Assembly: GCF_028641065.1 (NCBI RefSeq)
Contig: NC_073397.1
Span: 18,538,001 to 18,602,000, forward strand
Reading direction: 5' to 3'
DNA: 64,000 nucleotides
From: Leucoraja erinacea
Lineage: Eukaryota
Position 1 is the stretch's first letter. The number at the start of each line of letters is the position of its first letter. A program made the position numbers and the translations under genes. Below the pieces are notes generated by a model that was given only the letters and a program-made list of their open reading frames with translations, did no database searches and was not told the DNA's origin. This document shows, piece after piece, positions 38,601 to 53,600 of the stretch.

Positions 38601-41600
38601 CTTAGTTCACCTTTGGATAGTTGCAAGTTTTGGGGAATACATGTAGTTCTGCTGTAATGCATGTCCATTGGGAAACATGCTGTTCTTTTACACAGTAAAA
38701 GTCGAAGGCCTTTAGGTTTTACTGAATACTTATATCCATTTTCATTGTGAACCTAGAATTCAAGCACAGCAAAAGTTTTTATGTACCCCAAATATCAAAA
38801 TATCCCAGCTCATGTAAACTCGCCCTTAAAGTTAGGTTTTAAATCAAATGTTGATATAATAAAATAATATTTGATGGAACGAGGTTAATGGCAATTAGCC
38901 TTTCGGTTTGTGAGGGCAGGGAAACGTAATTAAAGTGAGAACAAACAGCAGGGGGATAGATTGGAATGTGGGGGAAATGGAGAAGAGCGTTTGTGGCTTC
39001 ATTTTTCTAGAACGGAAGTTCATCTATTCAGCTTAAGATGATGTCACACCTTAAAGCTATCTATTGTATTATTTTTGCTCTGCAAAAGGTTTTGTAGAGT
39101 ACAAAAAGTTGTATGCCCTGTGATACATAAACAATAATTGCACTATTGTTAGTCAAACAAAGGTTATTATGATTCTTTGCTTAGGCACAACCTAGTTAGC
39201 TATCGATGAATAACATTGTGATATCACAGTGAATAAGTTACTGGATCATCTTACAAATTTCAAACCAAGCTGGGGAATTGAAATTAAAATAATTAAATAC
39301 CTTACATTTAAATAAAATTCTAAGCAACGATGTTAAAATTGTTGTATAGTTGTTAAAAGGCCATATATTATCTAATGTCCAACAGGAAAGGATATATACT
39401 ATCATTGCTCAATGTTGCCGTTATTGTTCCAGAGCCACCACCATTGTAACTGTCAACTGCCTCCTCAGTTCAAGGTGATTAAGGGTGGACAGTAAATGGC
39501 AATATCAAAAGAATTAATATAGAAATTCAATCTGACACATGCATTGATGTGTAACAGTTAATTTGCACATTCTAGTTATAGTAAAAGTTTTTATTCTGAC
39601 CTAGTTTCTCAAGTGTTACTTTATCCAAATGTTTAAAATTCAATGAGCTAAATATTACAAAAGGATATTTGGGAATTATTAGTTCAAATGAGGATGCTAG
39701 ATGAAAACATCCTAGTGCAAGATGTGTCCATTTCGATGATGAAGAGAATTTCAGTATTCTACCAGTTATTTTGATAACACCAATATTTTTAAAGTGTTCC
39801 AAAACATGACACAACTTGCTTTTAATTCCAGTTTGCGAAAGACAAGCCAGAACAATGTCAAGAAAATATCTAACTCTTCAAGTAATTCCCCTGTGGAACT
39901 CATTTAAGAAAGTTTGCCATAGATCAGTATATCATAAATGAACTTTATACCAGGACTCATTAGCAAAGTATTTAAATAATCTAGTTTATGTCAAAAGTAG
40001 AAACTGGATTCAGTGTCCCTGCCTTGTTCAGTTACAGCATGACTAACCTGTTTCTTTTTACATGGTTATGCTTCATGTCCTTTGATAACTTTACCTAACA
40101 AAAATCTGGCAGCTTCATTGATTTAAATGAAACACACACTGTATTACAAATAATATGGCATAGCTCACTTTTCACGATTCATCTTTTCTGAAACTTCTCT
40201 CTCCAATTGTTTAAAAGGCACCAGTTTCTTGTTACAATTCTAAGAAGCAAAAAGCAGTAAATCTTTATGAGGTTTAGGAGAGTACTGGCAGACAATTATA
40301 CTGCAACAGGCATAACCATGCCCATTCTTGTCCTAACCTGACATCCAAATGAGCATTCTTACAGCATTGTCTACTGAACATGACTGTGGAACAGTGCTCC
40401 TCACTGAATCTCCCATTCAGGTGATATACATTTTTCAAATTATTGCAAGCTGAAAATTAAAGCTGGCCCTCCCTTTTTTACTTACCTCCATAACCTTGTT
40501 GTCTTTATAGAAAACATAATTGTCATTATATTTACATGTCCTAATTTTACAGTTGCTGTACATGTATTCCCTATCACTCCTTCATTTATTTGATCCATGT
40601 TATCTTTCAGTTCTTTCACCATAATTTTCTTGACCATAATTTTCTCTTTCAGTTGCAGAGTGCGAACCATATTGTATTTTTTCTGAACTCCCTGCTAAGA
40701 GGAGAACTGAAAGGAGTCAAGGGGGTAAGGAAGTATTGACTATGATCTGACAGAAGTTGTTTGAAATAAGTTATATTATAGAGTTATCATCCATACTGAA
40801 AATGGCTCTAAACAATCCTCCTGTATCAGACTCTTGTTACCAGATATATGAACCATATTAAGGTTGATCTGCAGAAGTGAATCTCAACAAAGTGGAGCAA
40901 GACTTTTGGGTACTTAGCCTTGTCTGGGGACATTGAGGAAGGGTGGCTCATCCCAAATCATGTACGTTCTTGATTGGAGCACCCTTAAAGTTCTTGACAG
41001 GATGAATGTTGGACTGGATAAATTAAAAAAACACATTATCAGGAAAATGGAATACACCAAATGAAGGCAAGCACAGCAGTAAGTGTTGAGGTATTCGGCA
41101 TAAGAATTTCTCTGCCTAGTGGAAGCTGAATTATTACTGGCAAAGATATGATACAAACAAGATAAAGATTTGATTGTAAAACAGAAACAATTATTGCAAC
41201 TCTGTTTCATGGAGAGCTACCAAGATTAAGATCAGTAAAGATAGAACAGGCAAGTTAATTTTGTTTTCTTTAGAATTTCTTCATAGAATTTGGAGTGCAT
41301 TCTACGTGTAGCTTTATATTTTTGCATAATTCCCATAACTTTCCAAGCCGCTGAGGAATGTTTCACCCGACGCCGGAGTTCCATCTTCACGACAAGAGGG
41401 CCCTGAAAATTATCAGACTGGCTGCAAGGCCACAAATGGTACCTCGGGTGTTTCACAGAGGAAGAGGACTTAACTTTCTGGTGCCTTTCCCCACAGTGGA
41501 AATTTTTGATTCTGCTGTGGGGGGACGTTTGTGTTGAACTCTATAATGTATTGTGTCCATTTAAAAAAAAAAATTTTTTAACCTTTTTCTATGGTTTGTA

Positions 41601-44600
41601 TGGAAACTTATTATCTATTTTATGTAAAGCACTTTGGTGTCAATGCGAGTTGACTTAAAACGTGCTACATAAATAAAACTTACTTAAGAAAGCAATATTA
41701 GCAGCAGGAATGCAGGAAGCAGTCAGCAGGTTAGGCGACATTGGAACGTCGAAGAATCGTCAACTAGACCCATTAAATGTTTCTCTTTCCATAGATGCTA
41801 CTTGATCTGTTGAATGTTTTCAGTATTTTATTTCAAATTTCCATCATCTGTAGTTTTAATTTATAAAGCAGTTGCAGGCATAGTTGGGTCACACAATGTG
41901 TTGGTCAAAAGGGAATGTGCAACGTACGCCTCATCATACTCGGGCTTCTTAGCATTTGAACTTGCAACTGGGGAAGCGTAGTGGTAGAGCTGCTCCCTTA
42001 CAGTGCCAAAGACCCTATCATGACTACGGGTGTTGTCTGTACGGGATTATACGTTCTCCCAGCGACCGCATGGGTTGTCTCCTGGTGCTCCAGTTTCCTC
42101 CCACACTTCCAAAGACATACAGGTTTGTAGGTTAATTGGCTTTGTTTACCAAAATTTACCAATAAATTATTTCCCAAAAAATTGTTAAATGTCCCTTGTG
42201 TGTTGGGTAGTGTTCGTATATGGGGTGATCGCTGGTTGGTGCAGACTCGGTGGGCCTGTTTCCGTGCTGTATCTGTAAAGTCTAATGTCTAAACATGAAA
42301 CGTGAAAAACACGTCAGATATTATAATTCCAATCATACCATTAATCTGCATAACAGACAACATATTTACTGATTCAATTTACTTTTTATATTTTGTTGCA
42401 GGATATAAAGAAACCTTTTGACAAAGCTTGGAAAGATTATGAAGGCAAATTGTGAGTTAAAAAAGATCGTTTTAACATGTCATGTATTTTCTTTTTTTCT
42501 TCCTTTTCGCTTTTGATAGTTATTAGCAAAGATCACAGAATCTCACAGCACAGAACAAAGCATTATGATCTATTCTGTCCACTGAATATTAGAGCTATCC
42601 AATTAATCTCTCTCCCTTTCATTTATGTTGCTGGGTAAATTTTGGTTTTGCAATTAAATATCCAGTTACCTTTTTGAAGTTGTTAATGAATCTACCATCA
42701 TAACTTGAGATCACTTCCTTAAAATAAAATTGTTAACTAACTAAACAATAATGAAATTTAGATAAACTTTGCTTTAAGTTTTATTTTGAAGGATTCTGCT
42801 GGAAGTTGATACAGAAACCAACGAGCAATAAAGATTAACTGAAATGTTTTAAGGAAGTCTTTATGTTTATTATGAATGAACAAGACTTTGGTTTATGTTT
42901 GTGTCAAGACTTTCCAATCTGAAAGCATGATTAATCCATATTCATAAATCTGACCAATTATGTTATTGGCAGGATTTCTGAGTTATGCATTTTAGATTGG
43001 ATAGTGTAGAGATATTGAGGAGTGCACCAGACATTGTTTATTACTGTTATAAGATTGAAATCAGGAAAATATGATTTAAAATTGAAAGGTGCTTGTTTAG
43101 TTGTGTTACAAAAAGTTGGTCCGTGGCAGGCGAACACTTAGTTTGAGGGCAACCCAGGCGTTGCTGTAACGCGTCACTTGGACCACCAAAGACTGCAGGT
43201 TGAAACTAATGGTGTACAAAGGTCTTTGATTGTGTCATTGCAAAGAAAATCAGAAAAGTTCCAGATCAAGTTACAGGGATGGGGAAGTTCAGAAGGGAGA
43301 CTTGCTTGAGTATCAGGAATTGTGGAGGAGTGTCACACGTCAGGTGGTGGGTAGAGGGGCAAAGTCAGCTGTTGAGGATTGGTGAGGTTGGGGGCTGGCG
43401 GCAGGGGGGTGTGGGGGGTGAGGCAATGGTTGGGATGTTGGGCATGCAGATCAAGTCAATGGAGCTGGGGATAGGAGAACGTCTGACAAGGGGCGGCAGG
43501 TGGAATGGGTAGGGGTAGGTTGGAGATTCATAAGTTCTTGTTCTTTAGTTATAGGAGCAGAATTATGCCATTCGGCCCATCGAGTCTACTCCACCATTCA
43601 ATCGTGGCTGATATATCTTTCCCTCTCGACCCCATTTTCCTACTTTCTCTCATAACCCCTGACACCTTAACTAATCAAGAATCTGTCAATCTCGGCCTTA
43701 AAAATATCCATTGATCTAGCAAGATTCAGCAGATTGGTTGTAAGGGAAAGGGTTGTGAGCTTTTGAGTTGGTGGTGTAGTGTTCTAAAGGAGATCTATTA
43801 ATTACATTATTTAAAGAAGACCTAAACTGGCAGGATCCTCATTCCTGGGCTTCTCATCTCTGCTTGGGAAGATCCCATTTAATTTACACAGCTGCATGGC
43901 AAACAATATGATGAACATTTGTTTGAGTTGTGAGTGCCCAGCAAAATTTGGGTCAGCTACACTTAATTTCTCCGGGTAATACCATTGCATTTGCAACAAA
44001 ATTATTATGTCTCCACCCAACACAAAAATGCTTATGTGGACAAGTTTAATTCATTACAGGAAGTGCCTGATTGAGTTTCTACAATACCTAGGTTCTATTT
44101 GGAAAATAAAGTAATCATGTTGTACTTTATGAATATCTATTTTCAAACTTGTAGCACTGGAAAGAAAAGACAAAAGAATTTCCAGTCACAAAATTGAAAG
44201 CAGTAGCCCAGGTGCAATCTCACGAAGCTCACAAAGTAGGCAATTACTTGTCTCTGGCTAATTGGTCTAGTCTCGATCATCAGTAAATGGTGGAAGGTTT
44301 ATCCATACTGGACACTTTCTCATCAACGACCTCCTTATCCTTACAGACACATACAAGGAATTGCAGATGCTGGAAACTTGAGCTAAACACGAAGTGCTGG
44401 AGAAAGTCAACGGGTCAGGCAGCATCTGTGAAGGGAATAGACAGACAAAGATTGTGTTGGGGCCCTTCTTCAGAAACGGGCAAAATTTGACCAAGTGTGT
44501 TATCAAACGGAAGTCAATGGAATACAAAACCATCTAAGTACTTGGAGTTATGCTTTATAGGGATGTTGTCATTCTTCTTGATTGCAGACTATTGCTGCAG

Positions 44601-47600
44601 GAGTTCCTCAGGACAGTGTCTTGACCCCAATCATCTTCAGTGGGCAAGAATCAATGACTATCTATCATAAGGTGAAAACTGAGAATATTCATTGATGATT
44701 GATAGTGTTCAGACCAAACTTTCCACATTGTTCAAATGGTCACAATTCCTGACCAAATGAAGCAGCCCGTGTCAGCATGCAGCAAGACCTAGGCATTAAA
44801 AGAATTGGCACCCCATTAAACAACCCAAACATCAACCTAATTCCCTTCATCATCACACAGCAGATGCAATATGTGCCGACTGCAAAACTACTGAAATTAT
44901 TCACCAAGACTGTGGGCACCTTCTAAACCCATGATCCCAACCACCAGGATGGTTAAGCACTCATGGCGTACATACTTGCATCACCTGTGAGTAACCTTTT
45001 AAAATAAGATAAGTTTGTCACTTGAATGCATTCTCTTTGTTTGACAGTACCAAAATTGAAAAAGAGAAAAGAGAACTTGCAAAGCAGTACGGAATGGTTC
45101 GAATTGAGGTAACCGGAGGTGAAATAGCAGAGGAAATGGAAAAAGAACGGAGGATGTTTCAGCTACAGATGTGTGAGGTTGGTGAGAATTTCTGATGCAG
45201 CTATTTTACGGTTCAGAGAAGGTGACATTGAAACAGAAAGCCCCCCGCTACTTGTTGTGTTTGGCTTAATGCAATGATCAAGTGAGAAATCATTTACAAG
45301 GCTGACTTCAGTCATCATATATCTATGTAATTGATTTCCAGGAGATTCTGCCATTTTTCCTGAATTGCAGCCTGTTCAATATCATCTAGATATTTATGGA
45401 ATTTTTCCTGATAAATTATCTTTCAAATGTGTCACCTGTTCATTCAAAATAATTAATAATCACTGTGGATTAGTTTTGCCCAACACAATATTATTTAAGA
45501 AGACACAAAGTGCTGGAATAACTCAGCGGGTCAGACAGCATCTCAGGAGAACATGGATAGGTGACGTTCCTGGGTCAGGAGTCTTCTTCAGATTGAAAAA
45601 GGGTCCCAACTCAGAACCTGAGTGTTCTTCAGGGATGCTGAGTTACGACAGCACTTTGTGTGTTCCTTTGTAAACCAGCAATGACAACCAGCATCTGCAG
45701 TTCCTTGATTATACAATATTATTTCAATTATCCACAATGACATAATACAAGATATCAACGAGAACCACTTTTCAATGTAAAAGGTATTTCTTGATTTTTT
45801 TTTTCCACTCTTTTATTCATAATCTTTATAACAGTTTTGCTGCATGAATAATGGCTCCAAAATTGGTTAAATCGTAATAGTTTTGGGGGCAATCACATAT
45901 TTTAATACAGCAGTAGTTTGTGGCACCATCAAAAAATGTCAGACTATTTTGATGTTCAATGTTCAGCTCACAAAAGCTAATCTTACAGACTTCATATGAT
46001 TTTCAAACAGTTGCTGATAAATATGAATTTGACGCTGCAGAAAGTTAGGATTTGTATGTAATGACATATTAACCTTTTAATAACAAGATCTGTGTTCCTG
46101 CAATGCCACACATATTTGGAAACCATGAAAAGAACCAACTGGAATTGAGGAGTCTCACTCCTGCAGGTAGTGAATTGTTCCTTGAGATTTTGTCATTTTT
46201 ATGTCTTTCCCTTCTATTTATTCACTTTTTATTTACCATTTTGTATCTAGTAATTCCAATTCACTATGTGCTCATCATATCTCTGCTCTCAAATTTAATT
46301 GCTAAAGGAGATAGTGTTAGTGTGGTGGTTCACCAAAATCGCTGATGCGAGCCATACCATTAGCAGTTTATAAATGGAATAATATTTCATACAACACGGA
46401 AACAACAGCTCTGCCCAATTCGTCCATTCCGACCAAGATGCCCCATCCAAGCAAATCCCACCTACCAATGCCTGGCCTACATCCCTCCAAATAGTTCCTA
46501 TCTATGTACCTGTCCAAATATATTACCAATATTGTTATTGTATCTGCCTCAGCAAATTCATCTGGAAGCTCTGTCCATATACCCACCACCTTCTGTGAGG
46601 GAAAACTCTCAGGTTCCTGGTAATTATTTCCCCTCTCACCATAAACCTATGTCCTCTCGCTCTTGATTCCCTTGCTCTGGGAAAAGACTCTGTGTATTTG
46701 CTCCATCCATTCCCACCATGATTTTATACACCTCCACACAATCATCTCTCACCTCCTGCGCTCCAAGGGATGAAGTCCTAGACTACAGCCAACCTCTCCC
46801 TGTAGTTTAGGCCCTCGAGTCATAGCAGCATCCTTGCAAATCCTCTCCGCACTCTTGCCAACTTAATGGCATCTTTCCTGTAGCAGAGTGACCAATACTG
46901 AACGCGGTACAACAAGTGCAGCTGCACCAGTTTCATGTATAACTGTAACATAACACCCCAACTTCTATATTCACTTCCCTGACATATGATGGGCAGGCAG
47001 AGGCATTCTTCACCACTCTGTCTACCTATAACACCATTTTCTGGGAATTATGTACGTACTCCTGGAATCCTCAACTAAGACATTCCCCAGGGCCCTACTG
47101 TTCACTGTAAGGATTTTACCTCCCAAAATGCAACATCTCAAATTTTGCTGAATCTATCTATATTTGCCACTCCTTGGCCCACTTGCCGAGCTGATCAAGT
47201 TCCTATTGTAATTCTTGATAACTATCTTTACTGTCTATTTTAGGTTTGTCATCTGCAAAGATAGTAATCATACCTATTACATTCTCATCCAAATCATTGA
47301 TAAATCACGCCTGAAGAAGGGTCTCAACCCGAAACGTCACCCATTCCTTCTCTCCAGAGATGCTGTCGGACCTGCTGAGTTACTTGAGCATTTTGGCTTT
47401 ACCTTCAATTTCAACCAGCATTTGCAATTCTTTCCTACTTATTGATGTGATTGACAAACACCAAATAGCCCAAAACCAATCCTTGAGACACCCCATTAGT
47501 CACAAGCCTCCTGGCTGATCCTGTCCTCCTGCTAATTATACATAAACCTTCCCAGTACACTTGAAAACCTGTCCGCCAGGATAATGGTCCTCCTATTATT

Positions 47601-50600
47601 GTGGTGCAATAATATTTCAGCCTGGAGAGGAAAAAATAATTCAGCTCAGTAGACACATTGTGAAATCTCCCATTCTAGAAAATGCTGACGTATTGTGTTG
47701 ATACGTCAGCTTGCCTTTAAGGCTTGCCAGTAGTATCCACACTAGTATTTTCTCACTTTGGTATTCAGTTCCAGCAATTTGCAATTCACCTTGCTCAGCG
47801 AGAAAAGCCAATTATTCTGTGCCACTGGTGTGCTTGTGTACAGGAAATCTAATCATTGTTTGTGTCTTGTTGGGTGTGGGTAGTGCAGATATTTTCAGAG
47901 CTGGTTGAAAATTCTGTCTTGAGCTCAGCCAGAAAGTCCACAATTATCTGTAGACAGAAGAAATTAATGCGACTGAAAGGATGTCATTATACCTTTTGAA
48001 TCTTCGTGTAATAACAAACATTTTACAAGATCATCTTAATTGTTTTTTATTCTTGACAATCTCATCAGATTTTTGGAAGATCATTTCTGTTTCCACATGC
48101 TTTGTACAAAAGCTGGAGTCTTCTCTTCTACCCTTGTTAATAATTTTTATTTTTCCACTAGCTCAGTCGTCCACTGATGACTAATTTTCCTTCACTGTTG
48201 ATTGTTATTGAAATTTTCCAGGAATCTTTCTGTGACAAATGCAGTTTTTCACTGCCAGGTTTACTTTCCTGCTTGAAGATATAATGGTTCAGCGGTGGTG
48301 CCAAATAATGCTAAGTTGGCTACCTTTCTCTTTGTCAACACGTCATTTTTATTTCTATAAACAATTATATCAAATTGTTGATTTTAATCAAATTTTCTAA
48401 CAACATTGCTGCCAAAGAATACCTGACATTTTTACTGTCAGCAACAATAATTTTTTGTGGCATATTACAATAAACAGATACAATATAGATGTGCTTCAAT
48501 GTATTTGGGCTTCTTAGTTACGTTAACATGGTGAAAATGTCGGGCAGATACTTTTCCCCAAAATCAATAGTGCTATTCGACCTGCAACATCAGCTGAATT
48601 TGTAGCACATGTGCAATAGTATTTGTTGTCTTCCTCTGAAACAACTGGCTTTTAAGAACCTTAAAACACAGCCACTCACAAAGTAATCGATTTCTTGAAG
48701 GGAGTAAAGGAAGTATAATTTATGCATTGTTTTTGTTTTGGTTTATCTTTAGTATCTGATAAAAGTGAATGAGATAAAGACGAAAAAAGGAGTGGACTTA
48801 CTGCAGAACTTCACCAGCTATTGCCATGCACAGTTTATGTAAGAATCAACTGTTTTTATTTTCATGATTTTATCCTATTCATAGGTACACTTCTGGACTG
48901 ATTAAATAATGTTTAGGGCTGAAATTGTATTGTGTAAGGAGATAGATGTGTGGGTCATAATGACATATATCTGAGTTTCTGGTAAGCATGGAGCAGTGCC
49001 ACAAAGCTTATTCTGTTTCAGCACTACTTACCAATGTCATCTCGGCAAGCCACAGGATGATTAGTTCAGAAAAGAAGATTGCTGTACTGAATTTAGTCGA
49101 GGAGTTCATGGGTACTGCGAATTGAGGCACTTGGTTGCCAGAGTGTAGTGAACCTTACAATGAGAAAGAGTTTTTAAAAAACCCCATAAAATGCTGTAGT
49201 AATGCAGCAGGCCAGGCAGCATCCCTGGAGAACATGGATAGGTGACCTTTTGGGTTGGGACCCTTCTTTTTTTTTTTTTTTGTTTTTTTTTTTGTTTTTT
49301 TTTGTTTATTTTATTAGAAGTTAATACAGTACAAAACAGTACAGTGGAACCTAATTTTAGGTGCCAACTGTGTCATACCGTAATCCATTCTATGTACAAC
49401 CTCTAGTTTTATGTTTTGAGAAGGAAGTAAGTGAAGTGTGTATATAAAAAAAAGAAAAAGTGGAAAGTAGAAATAGGAGAGAAGGCCCCTTAAAAGAGAA
49501 ATTTTCGAATCTTTATTCGGAGGTGTAGATCTATCCACGGCATGAACTAAAATCAGCAATCTTTACGGTACCGCTGCATCACATGATTCCAAAAAGTCGA
49601 TGAAAGGGGACCAACTCCTTAAGAATTGGTCATATTTATCTATTAGTCGGAGTCTCATTTCTTCAAGGCATGCTATGTCCATCATATTCCTAATCCACAT
49701 TTTAACAGTTGGTGTGGTTGTATTTTTCCAGAATTTAAGTATCAATTTCTTTCCAATTATTAACCCATAATTTAAAAAAATATTTTGGTCTTTATTTAAA
49801 TTGATATCTTCTACTATTATTCCAAATATAATCCATTCCGTTTTAGGTTCTATTCTTGACTTGAAAAGCTTTGTAAATATATCAAATATATCGCTCCAAA
49901 ATTTATTCAACTTTGTACATCCTACAAATTAATGTGTTATATTAGCGTTTTGAAACAAACATTTATCGCATCTGGGAGAAATGTTTGGATAAAATTTATT
50001 CAACTTTGCTTTTGAATAATATAGTCTATGTAATAATTTGAATTGAATTAAATTATGTCTTGCATTAATAGAACAATTATGTGTGTTCATCAGATACTTT
50101 TCCCATCTATCCTTCGAGATCTTTATCATTAGCTCATGTTCCCAATCTTCTCTTAGTGCTTCTGTTGAGGGTAATTCTCTATTTAATATATTATTATAAA
50201 AGTATGATATTAGTTTTTGTGAATCAGCCTTAATATTCATTGCTTCTTCTAAAGGGTCTAAAAATATAGTTTGAAATCTATGTGTATATTTCTTCATAAA
50301 GTCACATATCTGTATTTATTTAAAATATTGATTATCCTTCAGTTTAAATTTTAATTTTAAATGTTGAAATGATAACAGTTTGCCCAATTCATACAGGGTT
50401 GGGACCCTTCTTCATTCTTCAGACCTCTTTAGGGAAGTGTATGATGTATAGTGTGCCTAAAATAACCTGTACTCGTGGTTCATTTTTGTGGACATAAATA
50501 AAAGCCACAGCCAATAATGTAAGTGATAAAAAATTATTCAATAGGAAATCTGAGATACCCCGGGAAGTGCAAGAGGATTTAAAGGATTCAAATGAAGCTG

Positions 50601-53600
50601 ATAACATTGCTGATACATAAATACATAGAACATAGGTGCAGGAGTAGGCCATTCGGCCCCTCGCCAGCTCAGCCATTCATAGAAACGGAAAATAGGTGCA
50701 GGAGTAGGCCATTCGGCCCTTCGAGCCTGCACCGCCATTCAATATGATCATGGCTGATCATCCAACTCAGTATCCTGTACCTGCCTTCTCTCCATACCCC
50801 CTGATCCCTTTAGCCACAAGGACCTCATCTAACTCCCTCTTAAATATAACCAATGAACTGGCCACAGCTACCTTCTGTGGCAAAGAGTTCCAGAGATTCA
50901 CCACTCTCTGTGTGAAAAAATGTTTTTCTCATCTCAGACCTAAAGGATTTCCCCTCTATCCTTGAACTGTAACCCCTTGTCCTGGACTTCCCCAACATCG
51001 GGAACAATCTTCCTGCATCTAGCCTGTCCAACCCCTTAAGAATTTTGTAAGTTTCTATAAGATCCCCCCTCAATCTTCTAAATTCTAGCGAGTACAAGCC
51101 GAGTCTATTTAGTCTTTCTTCATATGAAAGTCCTGACATCCCAGGAATCAGTCTGGTGAACCTTCTCTGTACTCCCTCTATGGCAAGAATGTCTTTCCTC
51201 AGATTTGGAGACCAAAACTGCACACAATACTCCAGGTGTGGTCTCACCAATACCCTGTACAACTGCAGTAGAACCTCCCTGCTCCTATACTCAAATCCTT
51301 TTGCTATGAATGCTAACATACCATTCGCTTTCTTCACTGCCTACTGCACCTGCATGCCTACTTTCAATGACTGGTGTACCATGACACCCAGGTCTCGTTG
51401 CATCTCCCCTTTTCCTAATCGGCCTGTTTTTGCCACCAAAGTGGATAACCTCACATTTATCCACATTATACTGCATCTGCCATGCATTTTCCCACTCACC
51501 CAGCCTATCCAAGTCACCTTGCAGCCTCCTAGCATCCTCCTCACAGCTAACACTACCCCCCAGCTTCGTGTCATCCGCAAACTTGGAGATGTTGCATTCA
51601 ATTCCCTCGTCCAAATCATTAATATATATTGTAAATAGCTGGGGTCCCAGCACTGAGCCTTGCGGTACCCCACTAGTCACTGCCTGCCATTGTGAAAAGG
51701 ACCCGTTTACTCCTACTCTTGGCTTCCTGTTTGCTAGCCAGATCTCTATCCACATCAATACTGAACCCCCAATACCATGTGCTTTAAGTTTGTATACTAA
51801 TCTCTTATGTGGGACCTTGTCGAAAGCCTTCTGAAAGTCCAGATATAACACATCCACTGGTTCTCCCTTGTCCACTCTACTACTTACATCCTCAAAAAAT
51901 TCTATAAGATTCGTCAGACAAGATTTACCTTTCGTAAATCCATGCTGACTTTGTCCAATGATTTCACCACTTTCCAAATGTGCTGCTATCCCAACTTTAA
52001 TAACTGACTCTAGCAGTTTCCCCACTACCGATGTTGACCAACTGGTCTGTAATTCCCCGTTTTCTCTCTCCCTCCCTTTTTAAAAAGTGGGGTTACATTA
52101 GCTACCCTCCAATCCTCAGGAACTACTCCAGAATCTAAAGAGAATTCAATGTGATCATGGCTGATCATCCACAATCAGTACCTCATTCCTGTCTTCCCCC
52201 CATATCCCCGATTCCGCTAGCCATTTTAATTCCTTCATCTAAATCATTAATATATATTAAGAATAGTTGCGGTCCCAACACCGAGACTTGCGGCACCCCA
52301 CTAATCACTACCTGCCATTCTGAAAGGGAACTGTTAATTCGTACTCTTTGTTTCCTATCTGCCAACCAATTTTCTATTCATATCAATACCCTACCCCCAA
52401 TACCATGTGTTATAATTTTGCCCACTAATGTGTGTTGCGGGACCTTATCAAAGGCTTTCTGAAAGTCCAGATTCACTACATCCACTTATTCGTTTTACTT
52501 GTTACCTCTTCAAAAAATTCCAGAAGATTAGTCAAGCAAGATTTCCCCTTTCGTAAATCCATGCTGACTTGGACCGATCCTGTTACTGCTAACCAAATGC
52601 GGTGCTATTACATCTTTAATAATTTACGCCAGCCTCTTCCCCACCGATATCAGGCTAACTGGTCAATAATTCCCTGCTTTCTCTCTCCCTCCTTTCTTAA
52701 AAAGTTGGATAACACTAGCTATCCTCCAATCCACAGGAACTGAATCAGAATCTACAGAACATTGGAAAATGATCACCAATGCGTCCACGATTTCCAGAGC
52801 CACCTCCATGAGTACCCTGGGATGCAAAACACCAGGCCCTGGGGATTTATCAGCCTTCAATCCCATCAGTCTTCCCAACACCATTTCCTGCCTAATGTGA
52901 CTTTCCTTCAGTTCCTCCGGCACCCTAGATCCTCTGTCTCCTTGTACATCTGGGAGATTGTTTGTGTCTTCCTTAGTGAAGACAGAACCAAAGTACCTGT
53001 TCAACTCGTCTGCCATTTCCTTGTTCCCCATAATAAATTCGCCTGTTTCTGTCTTCATGGGACCCACATTTGTCTTCACTAATCTTTTCATTTTCACATA
53101 CCTAAAGACGCTTTTACTCTCCTCCTTTATATTCTTGCCTTCGTACTTCATATTTTCTGCCCGTATTGCCTTTTTAGTTACGTTCTGTTGTGCTTTAAAC
53201 ATTTTCTAATCCTCTGGCTTCCCGCTCATCTTTGCGACTTCTCTTTTCGATTTATACTGTCCTTGACTTCCCTTGTCAATCACAGTTGCCTCGTAATCCC
53301 CTTAGAATCTTTCCTCCTCTTTGGAATGAAATGATTCTGCATCTTCTGGATTATTCCCAGAATTTCTTGCCATTGCTGTTCCACCGTCAACCCTGCCAGG
53401 GCCCTTTTCCAGTCAACTTTGGCCAGCTCCTCCCTCGTGCTTCCATGGTCCCCTTTGTTCAACTGCAATACTGACACTTCTAATGTTACCATCTCCCTCT
53501 AAAATTGCAGATTAAAACATATCATGATCACTACCTCCTGATGGTTCCTTTACCTTGAGTTCCCTTATCAAATCTGGTTCATTGCACAACACTAAATCCA

